Positions 47,463 to 57,762 of a stretch of DNA of 64,000 bases are shown here, piece after piece. The notes under the pieces were generated by a model. That model was not told where the DNA came from, made no database searches, and saw only the letters and a list, made by a program, of their open reading frames with translations. The position numbers and the translations under genes were made by a program. Position 1 is the first letter of the stretch. Each line of letters starts with the position of its first letter. The stretch is from a virus: positions 70,352 through 134,351 of IMG/VR virus record IMGVR_UViG_3300045994_000055; one strand, written 5' to 3'.

Positions 47463-48635
47463 ATGGCAACCCGTACATCAGCTGGTATCAAAATCAAAGT
47501 CAAAGCGTTTAAAGTACGCAATCCCATCTTCGCGGATGAAAAGTATACTGGCGGCGAGCCAGACTGGTCTGCGGACGCAGCAACCTGGGACGACGATGTT
47601 TTTGATCACCAGTTGCGTCAAAGTTTTTACTACTACAATTACTACTACAACCAAAAGGACTGCAAAAAGTTCGTTGGTGAGTGGATGGTAGCATCTGGCA
47701 ACTTTACCAAAGTTGACCTCAAAGCATTTTTGCGCACCCCTGACCGTTCCATTCCCATGACAGTGTGCGGATTGGTAATGGCTCACAAAGCGGGTATGCC
47801 ATTCCGTGGCCGCCACGTTGAGTTTATGACTGACTGCATCCAGAAAGCTATTGATGAGCTGGAACCAGAAGTCGTTGCAGTTGTTACTGGTAAGGTAGAA
47901 GCAGCAAAACCCACTATCCAAGACCGTCTCAACGAAAAAACAGCAGAGGTGATTGGTGAGCTGGAAGGTTTGTTTGACGAAGTGTGCTTGAAAAACAAAG
48001 TGAGCACCAAAATCTACGAATTCCTGACAAAGAACAATGTGCCACAGTCCCAACTTGGCAAGTACGAGGCTCTGTACACTGCTCGCAAGGCAGAACTGGT
48101 GGAAGCGCAAGCTAAAACGGACAAGCAATTGACTGAAGGCTATTCGCATTTGAAGCCAGCAGACTTTAAGCGCATTTTAGGCTTCATTGAAGAAATCCTG
48201 GAAGCGGTTGAGCAATACCGTGGTGTGAAGAAGGCCACTAAGGCAGCACGTAAGCCCAAGGTTGTTTCCAAAGAGAAGCAAGTGGCTAAAGTGAAGTACA
48301 TGAAGGAAGATAAAGCATTGAAGCTTGTCAGTATTCCTCCTTCGCTGGTTGTGGGTGCAAAGGAACTGTGGGTGTTCAACACGAAAACCCGCAAGTTGGG
48401 ATGCTACCTTGCAGACAGCCTACAAGGGCCGCTTGGTATCAAAGGTACAAGCATTACAGGCTACGACGAAGCAAAGAGCGTGGCAAAGACACTGCGCAAG
48501 CCAGCTGATCAACTCAAGGAGTTTGGTAAAGCGGGTAAGGTTGCGTTGCGCACGTTCCTGAAAGACATCCGAGCAACGGAGATCCTGCTTAACGGACGGT
48601 TAAGCGCAGACATTTTGCTGCTTAAGGTGCAGTAA
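47463..48635 (+). CDS. Conserved-type large-phage hypothetical protein
   Basis: 390 aa, AAGGA RBS, basic C-terminal domain (LWVFNTKTRKL...KTLRKP...NGR). Confidence 0.8.
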   Translation: MATRTSAGIKIKVKAFKVRNPIFADEKYTGGEPDWSADAATWDDDVFDHQLRQSFYYYNYYYNQKDCKKFVGEWMVASGNFTKVDLKAFLRTPDRSIPMTVCGLVMAHKAGMPFRGRHVEFMTDCIQKAIDELEPEVVAVVTGKVEAAKPTIQDRLNEKTAEVIGELEGLFDEVCLKNKVSTKIYEFLTKNNVPQSQLGKYEALYTARKAELVEAQAKTDKQLTEGYSHLKPADFKRILGFIEEILEAVEQYRGVKKATKAARKPKVVSKEKQVAKVKYMKEDKALKLVSIPPSLVVGAKELWVFNTKTRKLGCYLADSLQGPLGIKGTSITGYDEAKSVAKTLRKPADQLKEFGKAGKVALRTFLKDIRATEILLNGRLSADILLLKVQ

Positions 48636-48916
48636 TGAGTTGGATGATACGGGATTCTCGTACTAATTTGTTTAGTAACGGGATCATCCAGACAAGTTAT
48701 CAAGGTGGATGCTACGTAGGATGGCATAGGCGGGGGAAAGTGTGGACTGTTGAGCAATTACTTAAAGATCACATTTTGAAATACGCCCAAAAATCCGTTG
48801 ATGGGCAATGCCCTGATACTTGGGAAGTCCTTGAGGTGGTGGAAACTGCAAAACCAATTAACGAATGGATTGATGCAGATATGGTGTTTAAACTTTTACT
48901 GAAAGCGAAGAAATAA
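48635..48916 (+). CDS. Hypothetical protein
   Basis: TAATG coupling. Confidence 0.65.
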   Translation: MSWMIRDSRTNLFSNGIIQTSYQGGCYVGWHRRGKVWTVEQLLKDHILKYAQKSVDGQCPDTWEVLEVVETAKPINEWIDADMVFKLLLKAKK

Positions 48917-49116
48917 TGTTACGAGATCGACGAGTGTTGATGGAAAAAGAGATGCAAGAGCAGAAGCGAGCTTGCGGTGAGCTCTACAAAAAGATTGTGT
49001 TTGGCACTGCTGACATGATTGAAACTAAGATGTATGACAGCATGAAGCTCAAGCTAACTGACATGACAATGGAACTTGCAATTGTGGATCAAATGATTTT
49101 GGACGGACACGAATGA
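48916..49116 (+). CDS. Hypothetical protein
   Basis: TAATG coupling. Confidence 0.6.
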   Translation: MLRDRRVLMEKEMQEQKRACGELYKKIVFGTADMIETKMYDSMKLKLTDMTMELAIVDQMILDGHE

Positions 49117-49310
49117 AAATCAAACTCACCTTCAAAAGCCCTGATGCCGTCGACGATGCAATGACTGATGCAGGCATTAGTCGGCGTGAGAATCCAGACG
49201 AGTACGATGCATTGTACGGGGAACTGGCTGAGTGGATACGCTATGGTGAGTACCTCGGTGTAGAATACGATACCGAAACAAAGCAGATGGTTGTACTGAA
49301 AAACGACTAA
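49113..49310 (+). CDS. Hypothetical protein
   Basis: ATGA overlap; acidic 65 aa. Confidence 0.65.
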   Translation: MKIKLTFKSPDAVDDAMTDAGISRRENPDEYDALYGELAEWIRYGEYLGVEYDTETKQMVVLKND

Positions 49311-49327
49311 CTCAGTATAACGCAAAC

Positions 49328-49366
49328 AGTCCTAGAAAGTGCTAAATACACTAACTAGGACTTTTT
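49328..49366 (+). terminator. Terminator-like hairpin whose loop is the gp13 late promoter
   Basis: AGTCCTAG-aa-AGTG-CTAAATA-CACT-aa-CTAGGACT-TTTT-c-ATG. Confidence 0.7.
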
Positions 49367-49367
49367 C

Positions 49368-50267
49368 ATGGCTACCAAAGACCCCTTATTTGACTCAAAT
49401 AACAACATAACCACAGACAGTCTGTATGACATGAATACAGGCACGGGTGCGGGACATATTGCTAACGATGAGTTTGATCCAAAATACGAATCGCACGATG
49501 CTAAACGTGCTGAGATAGCAGATTACATCCGTATGCGTTTAGCAGACGGCATTGTTGACGTTGAACTTGAGAACGAGCACTACGAGCTGGCTATTAAGCA
49601 GGCACTCATGAAGTACCGCCAGCGTTCAAGCAATGCTGTAGAGGAAAGCTATGTGTCCATGAAGCTTCTCCCTGAAACACAAGAATACATCCTGCCTAAA
49701 GAGATTATGGAAGTGCGCACCATTTACCGCCGCGGTATTGGAAGTGTGACAGGTACAACATCGTCACAGTTTGAACCGTTTGCATCGGGTTACTTGAATA
49801 CATACATGCTAGTTGCCGGTCGTGTTGGTGGTCTTGTAAATTACGAGTTATTTGCACAGTATCAGAAGCTTGCGATGAAAATGTTTGGTGGCTTTATGAA
49901 CTTCTCATGGAACAAGAGCTCCAAGAAGCTTATCATTGAACGAAAGATGCCATTCCAAGGCACAGGACAGAGCACAGTGGATCACGCAGAGACCGTTCTG
50001 TTATGGTGCTACAATTACAAACCAGATTGGATGCTACTAAATGACTACCAAGTTTATCCGTGGCTGCAAGAGTATGCTTATGCGTTTGCTAAACGATTGC
50101 TAGGTGAAGCAAGATCTAAATATTCCACTATTGCAGGACCAAATGGCGGTGTTCAACTTAATGGTGTGGCATTGATTGCAGAAGCCAAAGAAGAAATCGA
50201 AACCTTGGAAGAAGAAATCAAACGCTTTATGGATGGCGGTACGCCAATGACTTGGATCACAGGCTAA
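49368..50267 (+). CDS. gp13: Neck protein (T4 gp13-like)
   Basis: IVDVEL, WLQEYAYA, RSKY..IAGPNGGVQLNG motifs. Confidence 0.85.
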   Translation: MATKDPLFDSNNNITTDSLYDMNTGTGAGHIANDEFDPKYESHDAKRAEIADYIRMRLADGIVDVELENEHYELAIKQALMKYRQRSSNAVEESYVSMKLLPETQEYILPKEIMEVRTIYRRGIGSVTGTTSSQFEPFASGYLNTYMLVAGRVGGLVNYELFAQYQKLAMKMFGGFMNFSWNKSSKKLIIERKMPFQGTGQSTVDHAETVLLWCYNYKPDWMLLNDYQVYPWLQEYAYAFAKRLLGEARSKYSTIAGPNGGVQLNGVALIAEAKEEIETLEEEIKRFMDGGTPMTWITG

Positions 50268-50476
50268 TGCGCCAACGAACCTTTTGGTTTGGGTTATCCA
50301 TGTTTATAGGTTACGGTTATTTTGTGCTGGCTTTAACGTACTGCCTAATGATAGCGATTGTAAAACCCACTAAATGGTGGGAAAAATTAGTAGGCCTTGT
50401 CATTCTTTGTATAATTGTGTTATCAATTGGTCAATGGGAAGATGCAGATTATTCTAATTACTTGAATTTTATGTAA
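50267..50476 (+). CDS. Small membrane protein
   Basis: TAATG coupling, two hydrophobic stretches. Confidence 0.5.
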   Translation: MRQRTFWFGLSMFIGYGYFVLALTYCLMIAIVKPTKWWEKLVGLVILCIIVLSIGQWEDADYSNYLNFM

Positions 50477-50511
50477 CTTCTTGCTATACTTGCACAAGAC
50501 AAGGAGAATAT

Positions 50512-51129
50512 ATGAGCGTAATAGCAATTTGTGGCCTGATTGGTTCAGGTAAAGATACAGTGGCGGATTTTTTGGTTAACGATTTCGGATATAAGCGCAT
50601 GAGCTTTGCTGGCACGCTGAAGGATGCAGTGGCAGCAGTCTTTAGTTGGGATCGTGAGTTGCTCGAGGGCAAAACTAAAGAGGGCAGGGAATGGCGTGAA
50701 GCTATTGACCCGTGGTGGGCTAAACGATTGGACATTCCCAACCTGACCCCGCGCCTTATGTTGCAGCTATGGGGAACTGAAGTGTGCAGACGAGGCTTTC
50801 ATACTGACATCTGGGTAGCAAGCGTAGAGAATCAACTGCGCAATACGAAAGACAACATTGTAATTTCTGACTGCCGCTTCCCTAACGAAGTTTCTGCTAT
50901 GCGCAATGCAGGTGCGAGAATTGGTTGGGTTAAACGCGGGGAGTTGCCAGATTGGTACCCTAACGCCATTGCAGCAAACAGAGGCGATGACGAGTCTAAA
51001 AATGTGTTAACTATGTTAGGCATTCACGCATCCGAGACAAGCTGGATTGGCACTGAGTTTGATTTTGAGGTCGAAAACAACGGGACACTAGACGATTTGA
51101 AAGCTAAGACTAAGCTTCTGGTGTACTAG
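50512..51129 (+). CDS. Deoxynucleoside monophosphate kinase (T4 gp1-like)
   Basis: GLIGSGKDT P-loop, FAGTLKD, LQLWGTE, ISDCRFPNE, HASE; sigma70 promoter upstream; ends in TAG. Confidence 0.92.
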   Translation: MSVIAICGLIGSGKDTVADFLVNDFGYKRMSFAGTLKDAVAAVFSWDRELLEGKTKEGREWREAIDPWWAKRLDIPNLTPRLMLQLWGTEVCRRGFHTDIWVASVENQLRNTKDNIVISDCRFPNEVSAMRNAGARIGWVKRGELPDWYPNAIAANRGDDESKNVLTMLGIHASETSWIGTEFDFEVENNGTLDDLKAKTKLLVY

Positions 51130-51454
51130 GCTTCCAGGGTAGCTTACTTTTGTAAACCTCTATTGCGCAGTTAGCGCAAATGGTCTTCAGATTGGACCAA
51201 TCAGTATTTTTTAAGTTTCCATCTAAATGGAACACCTGAAGTTGATCCAGCAACTTCGCTACAAAGCCGCACTTTTCACAGTGCGGTTTCTTTTTGTAGC
51301 CCGCTTTAACCCACGCCGCTGGCTTAGGCTTTAACTTTACCTCCTTACGCCCGCACGGATCACATTTTTTACGGTAATATGTAATGTCTTGTTTAACATA
51401 GTTGATTGCGACTGGTCTTTGCTTGCAATCTGAGCATAAAGGACGGAGTTTCAT
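51110..51454 (-). CDS. Zinc-binding HNH-like protein
   Basis: Multiple CxxC pairs, VFHLDGNLKN...NLKTICANC; ends in TAG. Confidence 0.7.
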   Translation of the reverse strand: MKLRPLCSDCKQRPVAINYVKQDITYYRKKCDPCGRKEVKLKPKPAAWVKAGYKKKPHCEKCGFVAKLLDQLQVFHLDGNLKNTDWSNLKTICANCAIEVYKSKLPWKPSTPEA

Positions 51455-51563
51455 ATCGTATTTACTGAAATTTAATTCTGCAAACCTTTAAAGGTGCTCG
51501 TAACAGCATACTTTTAACCAGTTTTCACTAAATATTGATAATGTACTTTAAAGGATAAACACC

Positions 51564-54500
51564 ATGGCATTAGTTTCCCCAGGTCAACAAATTACTGTAT
51601 CTGACGAAAGTCAATACGTACCAGGCGCAGTTGGATCAGTCCCACTTATCATTCTTGCTACTGCACAAGACAAAACAAACCCATCCGGCACAACGGCAAG
51701 TGGCACTATTAAAGCCAACGCTGGCAAGCTTCAAATGTTTACTGGTCAACGTGACTTAGTAAGCAACTTAGGTTACCCAATCTTCAAGCAAAGCTCGTCA
51801 GGCACACCGCTGCACGGTGACGAGCGCAACGAATACGGCTTAATGGCTGCTTATAGCACATTAGGTCTAGCTAACAAGGCATATGTTTTACGTGCTGATG
51901 TTGATATTGCACAATTAGATGCAACAGCAGTTCGCCCAACCGGCACAGTTGCAAATGGCACTAACTGGTTTGATTTATCTACAACAGATTTTGGTGTTTA
52001 TGAGTGGAACGCAACTACTGCGGTTTACACCAAGGTTAAACCAACAGTGTATACTTCGGCTGCTGATATAGATGCTGGTACTGGCTACCCACTAGAGAGC
52101 GTTGGTTCCATTGGTAGTTACGGTGTATCATTGGCATCAGTCAGCGGTACTGCTTGGACAGTGCTTTACAAAAATTCTGCAAATGCATGGGTTGTAGTTG
52201 GAAGCTCTGCATGGACTGCATCGCACCCTACCATTAAAGGAACAACTCCATCCGTTGCCGTTGCAATCGGTGATGTAGTTACTGTAAATGCAACTTTAGT
52301 AACGATGACTAGTGCAACATTGGCTGGCGCAGTTACTGATATCAATAATGCTGGCATTGCTAATGTCACCGCAGCATTAGTGTCTGGTCACATTGAGTTA
52401 TATACTTCGGCTACTGGTACTATAGTTGTTTCTGGTGCTGCATCTATTCTTGGTATCGCTGACGGACAATATTATAGTCCAATTACCAGCTTTGGTTCTT
52501 ACGTGCAGATTCCAAATTGGAGAAGTACAGATACACAGCCACACCCAAGTGGTAGCGTTTATATTAAAACTACGACAACTGGTTCTGGTGCAAATATTAG
52601 CATTAGTAAATATAGTACCGCATCTTCAAGTTGGATAGCAGTATCAACACCGTTGTATGCTACTATCCCAACAGCAACTTATGGCTTAGACCCAGCGGGT
52701 GGTGGCTATGGTATCGCAGCTGGTACAGTGTTTGTCCGTTACGATGTGGACTCCAATGGTATCGCTAATTACAAACCGTTCGTTAAGTACTCTACTGGTG
52801 CAACAAAGATAGTTGCAAACGTAGTGGGAAATACTCCGTTTACATCAGGTGACACGTTTACATTGCGCACTACATCAATTGGTACCAATGCATTAACAAC
52901 TTACACGATTACTTTGAATGGTACAAACCGTGCAGCATTCGCATCTGCTATTTCAGCAGCTAATATCCCAGAAATTACATCTGCGGTAGAATCTACTGGT
53001 GCTATCAGCATCACACACAAATATGGTGGTGTGATTGTATTGCAAGGTGCCGTGGCTGGTCAAGCTGGATTTACTACTAGTATCCAAGGTGTCTCACCTA
53101 CTGCTACTGGTTTAAGCTTGTCGTCTTGGACTCCATTGCAGTACACATACAGCACGACAGAACCAACACAAAATCCTGTAGACGGTACATTATGGTACTA
53201 CGGATCGGCGACTGAAATCGATGTGATGATTAATACATTGACTGGTTGGAAGGGTTATCATCAAGAAGCGTCTGATGCTCGTGGCTTTGTGTTAACTGAT
53301 ACAGACCCAACAGGCGTTATTGTTTCTGCAAGCAAGCCTACTTCCCAAACAGACAGCACGGCTTTGGTAGCTGGGGACTTATGGTTAGATACAAGTGATC
53401 TTGAAAACTGGCCAGCACTTTCCCGTTACACTGGTAGCATCTGGACAAAGATTGACAACACTGACCAAGTATCGCAAAACGGTGTCATCTTCGCTGATGC
53501 ACGTTGGGGAATTGATGGCGCAACAAATATCATTAACGGTGAAATGCCAGCTATTACTGCTTTGGCTAACAGTGCATACTTGGATGCTGATGCTCCTGAC
53601 GCACGCCTGTACCCACGTGGTATGATTATGGTTAACACTCGCCGTTCTGGTTACAATGTCAAACGTTTCGTAAGCAACTACTTCAATGACACGAGCTTCC
53701 CTAACTCAGTTATTCCAGCAGTTAAAGATGCTTGGGTTTCTGCAAGCGGATTAAAGAACAATGGTTCTATGTACGCTGGTCACCAAGCACAACGTCATAT
53801 GATTGTTGCCGCTATGCGTGGTGCAGTTGATGGTTCTACTGAGATCCGTGAAGAACAATTCCAGTTCAACTTAATCGTTTGCCCTGGCTACCCTGAAGTT
53901 ATTGCTAACATGGTTGCATTGAACAATGACCGCGTTAATACAGCGTTCATCATTGGTGATACACCAATGCGTCTTGCTCCTAATGGTGTTGATTTGGTTA
54001 ACTGGTCCAACAATGCAGACAATGCAACTGGCTTAAGCACTAACGACCCATACCTAGGTGTTTACTACCCAGGTTGCGCTGAGACAAATGACGTTCAAGG
54101 TAATACAATCATTCAGCCAGCATCGCACATCATCCTACGCACATTTATCCACAGCGATAACATGAGCTACATGTGGTTTGCTCCAGCTGGTACACGTCGT
54201 GGTATGGTTGACAATGCTACAAGCGTTGGTTACATTGACTCTGCTACTGGTGAGTACAACCCAATTGGTGTTTCCCAAGGCTTGCGTGATACATTGTATG
54301 AAACACGTATCAACCCAATCACTAACTTGCCAGGTCTTGGTTTAGTTGTATGGGGTCAGAAGACACGTAACCCAGTTGCAAGCAGCATGGACCGTGTTAA
54401 CGTTGCACGTTTGGTTAACTACATCCGTACTATCCTTGCGCACGTTGGTAACGGCTTCTTGTTTGAACCAAACGACAAAATTACACGCGATCAAATCAAG

Positions 54501-54707
54501 ACTATCATCTCTGGTGCAGTTAACGATTTAGTTGCAAAACGCGGCGTATACGACTACCTAGTTGTTTGCGACGAGTTCAATAACACACCTACACGTATTG
54601 CTCGTAATGAGTTGTATGTTGACGTTGCTATTGAGCCAATGAAGGACGTAGAGTTTATCTACATCCCAATTCGCTTGTACAATCCAGGAGACATTGCTAA
54701 GTTATAA
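51564..54707 (+). CDS. gp18: Tail sheath protein (T4 gp18-like) with large insertion domains
   Basis: LVSPG start, WFAPAGTRRG, INPI, WGQKT, DRVNVARL, FEPND motifs. Confidence 0.95.
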   Translation: MALVSPGQQITVSDESQYVPGAVGSVPLIILATAQDKTNPSGTTASGTIKANAGKLQMFTGQRDLVSNLGYPIFKQSSSGTPLHGDERNEYGLMAAYSTLGLANKAYVLRADVDIAQLDATAVRPTGTVANGTNWFDLSTTDFGVYEWNATTAVYTKVKPTVYTSAADIDAGTGYPLESVGSIGSYGVSLASVSGTAWTVLYKNSANAWVVVGSSAWTASHPTIKGTTPSVAVAIGDVVTVNATLVTMTSATLAGAVTDINNAGIANVTAALVSGHIELYTSATGTIVVSGAASILGIADGQYYSPITSFGSYVQIPNWRSTDTQPHPSGSVYIKTTTTGSGANISISKYSTASSSWIAVSTPLYATIPTATYGLDPAGGGYGIAAGTVFVRYDVDSNGIANYKPFVKYSTGATKIVANVVGNTPFTSGDTFTLRTTSIGTNALTTYTITLNGTNRAAFASAISAANIPEITSAVESTGAISITHKYGGVIVLQGAVAGQAGFTTSIQGVSPTATGLSLSSWTPLQYTYSTTEPTQNPVDGTLWYYGSATEIDVMINTLTGWKGYHQEASDARGFVLTDTDPTGVIVSASKPTSQTDSTALVAGDLWLDTSDLENWPALSRYTGSIWTKIDNTDQVSQNGVIFADARWGIDGATNIINGEMPAITALANSAYLDADAPDARLYPRGMIMVNTRRSGYNVKRFVSNYFNDTSFPNSVIPAVKDAWVSASGLKNNGSMYAGHQAQRHMIVAAMRGAVDGSTEIREEQFQFNLIVCPGYPEVIANMVALNNDRVNTAFIIGDTPMRLAPNGVDLVNWSNNADNATGLSTNDPYLGVYYPGCAETNDVQGNTIIQPASHIILRTFIHSDNMSYMWFAPAGTRRGMVDNATSVGYIDSATGEYNPIGVSQGLRDTLYETRINPITNLPGLGLVVWGQKTRNPVASSMDRVNVARLVNYIRTILAHVGNGFLFEPNDKITRDQIKTIISGAVNDLVAKRGVYDYLVVCDEFNNTPTRIARNELYVDVAIEPMKDVEFIYIPIRLYNPGDIAKL

Positions 54708-54715
54708 TAGCATAT

Positions 54716-54739
54716 AATGGGACCTTAGCGGGTCCCATT
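54716..54739 (+). terminator. Hairpin after sheath gene
   Basis: AATGGGACC-TTAGCG-GGTCCCATT. Confidence 0.6.
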
Positions 54740-54780
54740 TAGCAGCATAATTTAAGTAAATACATATATAGGAGATAAAG

Positions 54781-55398
54781 ATGGCAGTTTCGTCACTAAC
54801 AAAGATTACAGTACCATTGGCTACTAGCCAAAGTGCATCTACCCAAGGCTTGTTAATGCCAAAGTTAAAGTATCGCTTCCGTGCTACTTTTGAAAACTTT
54901 GGTGTCAGTTCAGACAAGGCAGAATTAACAAAGCAAGTTGCGGATATTAAACGTCCCAACGTTACTTTTACACCATTTGCTATTGATGTTTACAACAGCA
55001 AAGTATGGTTACAAGGCAAGCCAGAATGGCAAGAAACAACTATCAACCTACGCGACGACGCGGGTGGTAATATTTCTCGTCTAGTAGGCGAACAGATCCA
55101 GAAGCAATTCGACTTTGCTGAGCAAAGCAGTGCAGCATCTGGTATTGACTACAAGTTTGTATTGCGTTACGAAGTATTAGACGGCGGCAACGGCGCTAAC
55201 ACTCCTACGGTATTAGAAACATGGGAACTATACGGTTGCCAATTATCTAGCGTTGACTACGGTGACATGAACTATGCTACCGCAGAAGCAGCGATGATTG
55301 CGTTAACTGTGCGCTTTGACAATGCAGTGCAAACACCTACAGGTACTGGTGTTGGTACAGCAGTTGGTCGTACATTAGGTTCGTTAACAACAGGTTAA
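54781..55398 (+). CDS. gp19: Tail tube protein (T4 gp19-like)
   Basis: Follows sheath; PKLKYRFR, GKPEW, WELYGC motifs. Confidence 0.9.
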   Translation: MAVSSLTKITVPLATSQSASTQGLLMPKLKYRFRATFENFGVSSDKAELTKQVADIKRPNVTFTPFAIDVYNSKVWLQGKPEWQETTINLRDDAGGNISRLVGEQIQKQFDFAEQSSAASGIDYKFVLRYEVLDGGNGANTPTVLETWELYGCQLSSVDYGDMNYATAEAAMIALTVRFDNAVQTPTGTGVGTAVGRTLGSLTTG

Positions 55399-55428
55399 TT
55401 ACTGGCTAACCCCAGACGAAACACTCAT

Positions 55429-55455
55429 AAGCCCGGGTACATTCCGGGCTTTTTT
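55429..55455 (+). terminator. Intrinsic terminator
   Basis: AAGCCCGG-GTACATT-CCGGGCTTTTTT. Confidence 0.85.
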
Positions 55456-55487
55456 ACGAGCCATAAATAATAGAGCAGGAGAATATT

Positions 55488-56768
55488 TTGGGTTTACTAG
55501 ACGGGTTTTTAACACAGTTAAGCACTGGCGATCAGGTCAAAGACTTTTCTCACGCCTCTAAATTATTCCACGACGGTGATCAGAAGACCACAGGTAATGC
55601 GCTGTACCCTAAAATGGGATACATGTACCATGTGTACTTTGACATTGATACAGATTTAAAACAAAGTGGCTCAGTACCTGATGCCGCGACAGAAGTAGGT
55701 ATGCTTGTTAAGAGCATAGACTTACCTAAGTTCACTATTGACAATAAGACATTGAACAGCTACGGTAGGCCATCTATCGTACAGAACAAAATTCATTACG
55801 ATCCAGTGACCTTTCAGTTCCATGATGACAGTGCCGACCGCGTCCGTACATTGTGGGCAGACTATTATGCATACTATTATAGAGACATGGATGGTGGTGT
55901 TGGTAGGGGTGGAGAAATAGATGCATCGTATCTTGGCGCTAATGGCCGCTATGACAATGACCGCAAAAATGTGTACGGCTTCACTCCACTAACGCAAGTC
56001 ACAAAACCTAAAAACTTCATTAGATCCATTAAAATTTATAGCTTGCATCAGAAACGATTCTCAGAATATATTTTAGTAAATCCTATCATTACGTCGTTTA
56101 AACACGGGCAACACTCGTCAAGCTCTACTGAACCTATGCAACACGAAATGACAGTCTCATATGAGTTTGTGTTGTATGCTGAAGGCTACGTTAAACCGTC
56201 AACTATGCCGTCGTTTGCAAAATTGCACTACGATAAGAAACCATCGCCACTTACCCCTGCTAACGGGACACAGAGCATCATGGGACCAGGTGGTTTGATG
56301 GACACTGCAGATGATGTTATCAACTCTATCCCCAATGATCCACTTGGTGCTGCATTCAAAGCATTCCGCGGTATCAGCAATGCTGGTAAAATGAATCTTA
56401 AAGAAGCAGCATTGGGGGAGCTATCACAATTTGGTATGGATGTTCTTAGTGGCAATAACCCACTAAACAGAATAGCTGTGCCTTCGTTTGGTGACCTAGC
56501 AAACAAAATACAAGGGAATCTCACTGATATTGATAACCAATCAGCAGCTACACTCAGAGGTGCAGTATCTAGTAATGGCGCAAGTAGTAATATAGGTGCA
56601 GTTGCATTGTCTGCGGGCGTTGCCCTTCTGGCGTCAGGATCGCCTAAGACGGTAGCAGGCATTGGGATTGCGTATGCAGCTGGCAAGGCATTATTCAACA
56701 AAGCACCAACAGCAGCGCAAACATCTACTGCACCAGCGCCTGTAGATGTATCAAGCAATCAAGGATAA
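55488..56768 (+). CDS. Tail-tube-fold baseplate protein (gp48/gp54-like tube initiator)
   Basis: VKSIDLPKF...YDPVTFQFHDD...LVNPIITSF...MTVSYE tube-like pattern; TTG start with AGGAG. Confidence 0.7.
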   Translation: MGLLDGFLTQLSTGDQVKDFSHASKLFHDGDQKTTGNALYPKMGYMYHVYFDIDTDLKQSGSVPDAATEVGMLVKSIDLPKFTIDNKTLNSYGRPSIVQNKIHYDPVTFQFHDDSADRVRTLWADYYAYYYRDMDGGVGRGGEIDASYLGANGRYDNDRKNVYGFTPLTQVTKPKNFIRSIKIYSLHQKRFSEYILVNPIITSFKHGQHSSSSTEPMQHEMTVSYEFVLYAEGYVKPSTMPSFAKLHYDKKPSPLTPANGTQSIMGPGGLMDTADDVINSIPNDPLGAAFKAFRGISNAGKMNLKEAALGELSQFGMDVLSGNNPLNRIAVPSFGDLANKIQGNLTDIDNQSAATLRGAVSSNGASSNIGAVALSAGVALLASGSPKTVAGIGIAYAAGKALFNKAPTAAQTSTAPAPVDVSSNQG

Positions 56769-56769
56769 T

Positions 56770-57150
56770 ATGAGTCAAAATAGTTACAACCTAGCACCAG
56801 TGGATATGACGTCCAATGCTAACACAGATGCGAACAAATATTTTAACAACTTCTTTAGTCCTACTTTTACAGTAAATCCTGATGTAGATGCCGCAGTGAT
56901 TAGCTACTTTGAAACTGTGGCAGACAACAAAGGTGCAGCTAAGATACTTGCCAGTGCAGTTATGTATACTGCCCGTACTCGCGGCGCAGATCCAATGGCA
57001 GTGCTCCAAGAGTTTATGAAGTTGCCTAAGGGTGAAGTAAACTCTTACTTAACTATGTTTTTAAACTTGCAGCGCAAGGGCACAAGTTTACTTGGTATAA
57101 CTACACAACCAATGACTAACAAGTATGTTGCACGGAGTATTTTACCGTAA
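56770..57150 (+). CDS. Hypothetical virion-associated protein
   Basis: AAGGA RBS before ATG 56770. Confidence 0.7.
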   Translation: MSQNSYNLAPVDMTSNANTDANKYFNNFFSPTFTVNPDVDAAVISYFETVADNKGAAKILASAVMYTARTRGADPMAVLQEFMKLPKGEVNSYLTMFLNLQRKGTSLLGITTQPMTNKYVARSILP

Positions 57151-57584
57151 TGGCTGGCAAATATGCAAATGGTCAGTTCCAACCCAGGAACGCAACCAAG
57201 TATATAGGTAAAGGAACGCCAACATATCGTTCATCGTGGGAACACACTGTGATGACATTCTTTGACAACAACCCTGCTATCTTACAGTGGGCAAGCGAAG
57301 CAATTCACGTTAACTACCGTAATCCGTTTACCGGGAAAAATACTATCTATGTTCCAGACTTCTTTATCTTGTATATGGATAAAGCGGGCAAGCAACATGC
57401 AGAAATTATTGAAGTCAAGCCACTCAAAGAGACATCACTAGCAGAAGCTAAGAGCACACGCGACAAAGCAGCAGCTATATTGAATATGGCTAAGTGGCAA
57501 GCAGCAACAGCGTATTGCCAAGCACACGGTTTAAAGTTTAGAGTAGTAACAGAGCAGGACTTATTTCACCAAGGTCGCGCCTAA
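57150..57584 (+). CDS. gp4: Head completion nuclease (T4 gp4-like, TnsA-fold)
   Basis: YRSSWE, WASE, YVPDF, IEVKP, N.AKW.AA, FRVVTE motifs. Confidence 0.9.
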   Translation: MAGKYANGQFQPRNATKYIGKGTPTYRSSWEHTVMTFFDNNPAILQWASEAIHVNYRNPFTGKNTIYVPDFFILYMDKAGKQHAEIIEVKPLKETSLAEAKSTRDKAAAILNMAKWQAATAYCQAHGLKFRVVTEQDLFHQGRA

Positions 57585-57594
57585 TAAATAAGGT

Positions 57595-57762
57595 ATGACT
57601 AAAAAACTCGAATCTAGAAGACTTCCATTATGGGTAATCGGGCAGCCAAAGCCAGAAATTCCTGATCAACTGTTGAAAGAAGATAGTATAGCTCAAAAAT
57701 TTCCTGACGCACCACAGACGTTAGAAAAATTGCTAGAATGGTTAAAGAATGCGAATAAATGA
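57595..57762 (+). CDS. Small hypothetical protein (55 aa) beginning with a copy of the small terminase start
   Basis: Translated by hand MTKKLESRRLPLW...LKNANK; follows TAAATA. Confidence 0.55.
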   Translation: MTKKLESRRLPLWVIGQPKPEIPDQLLKEDSIAQKFPDAPQTLEKLLEWLKNANK

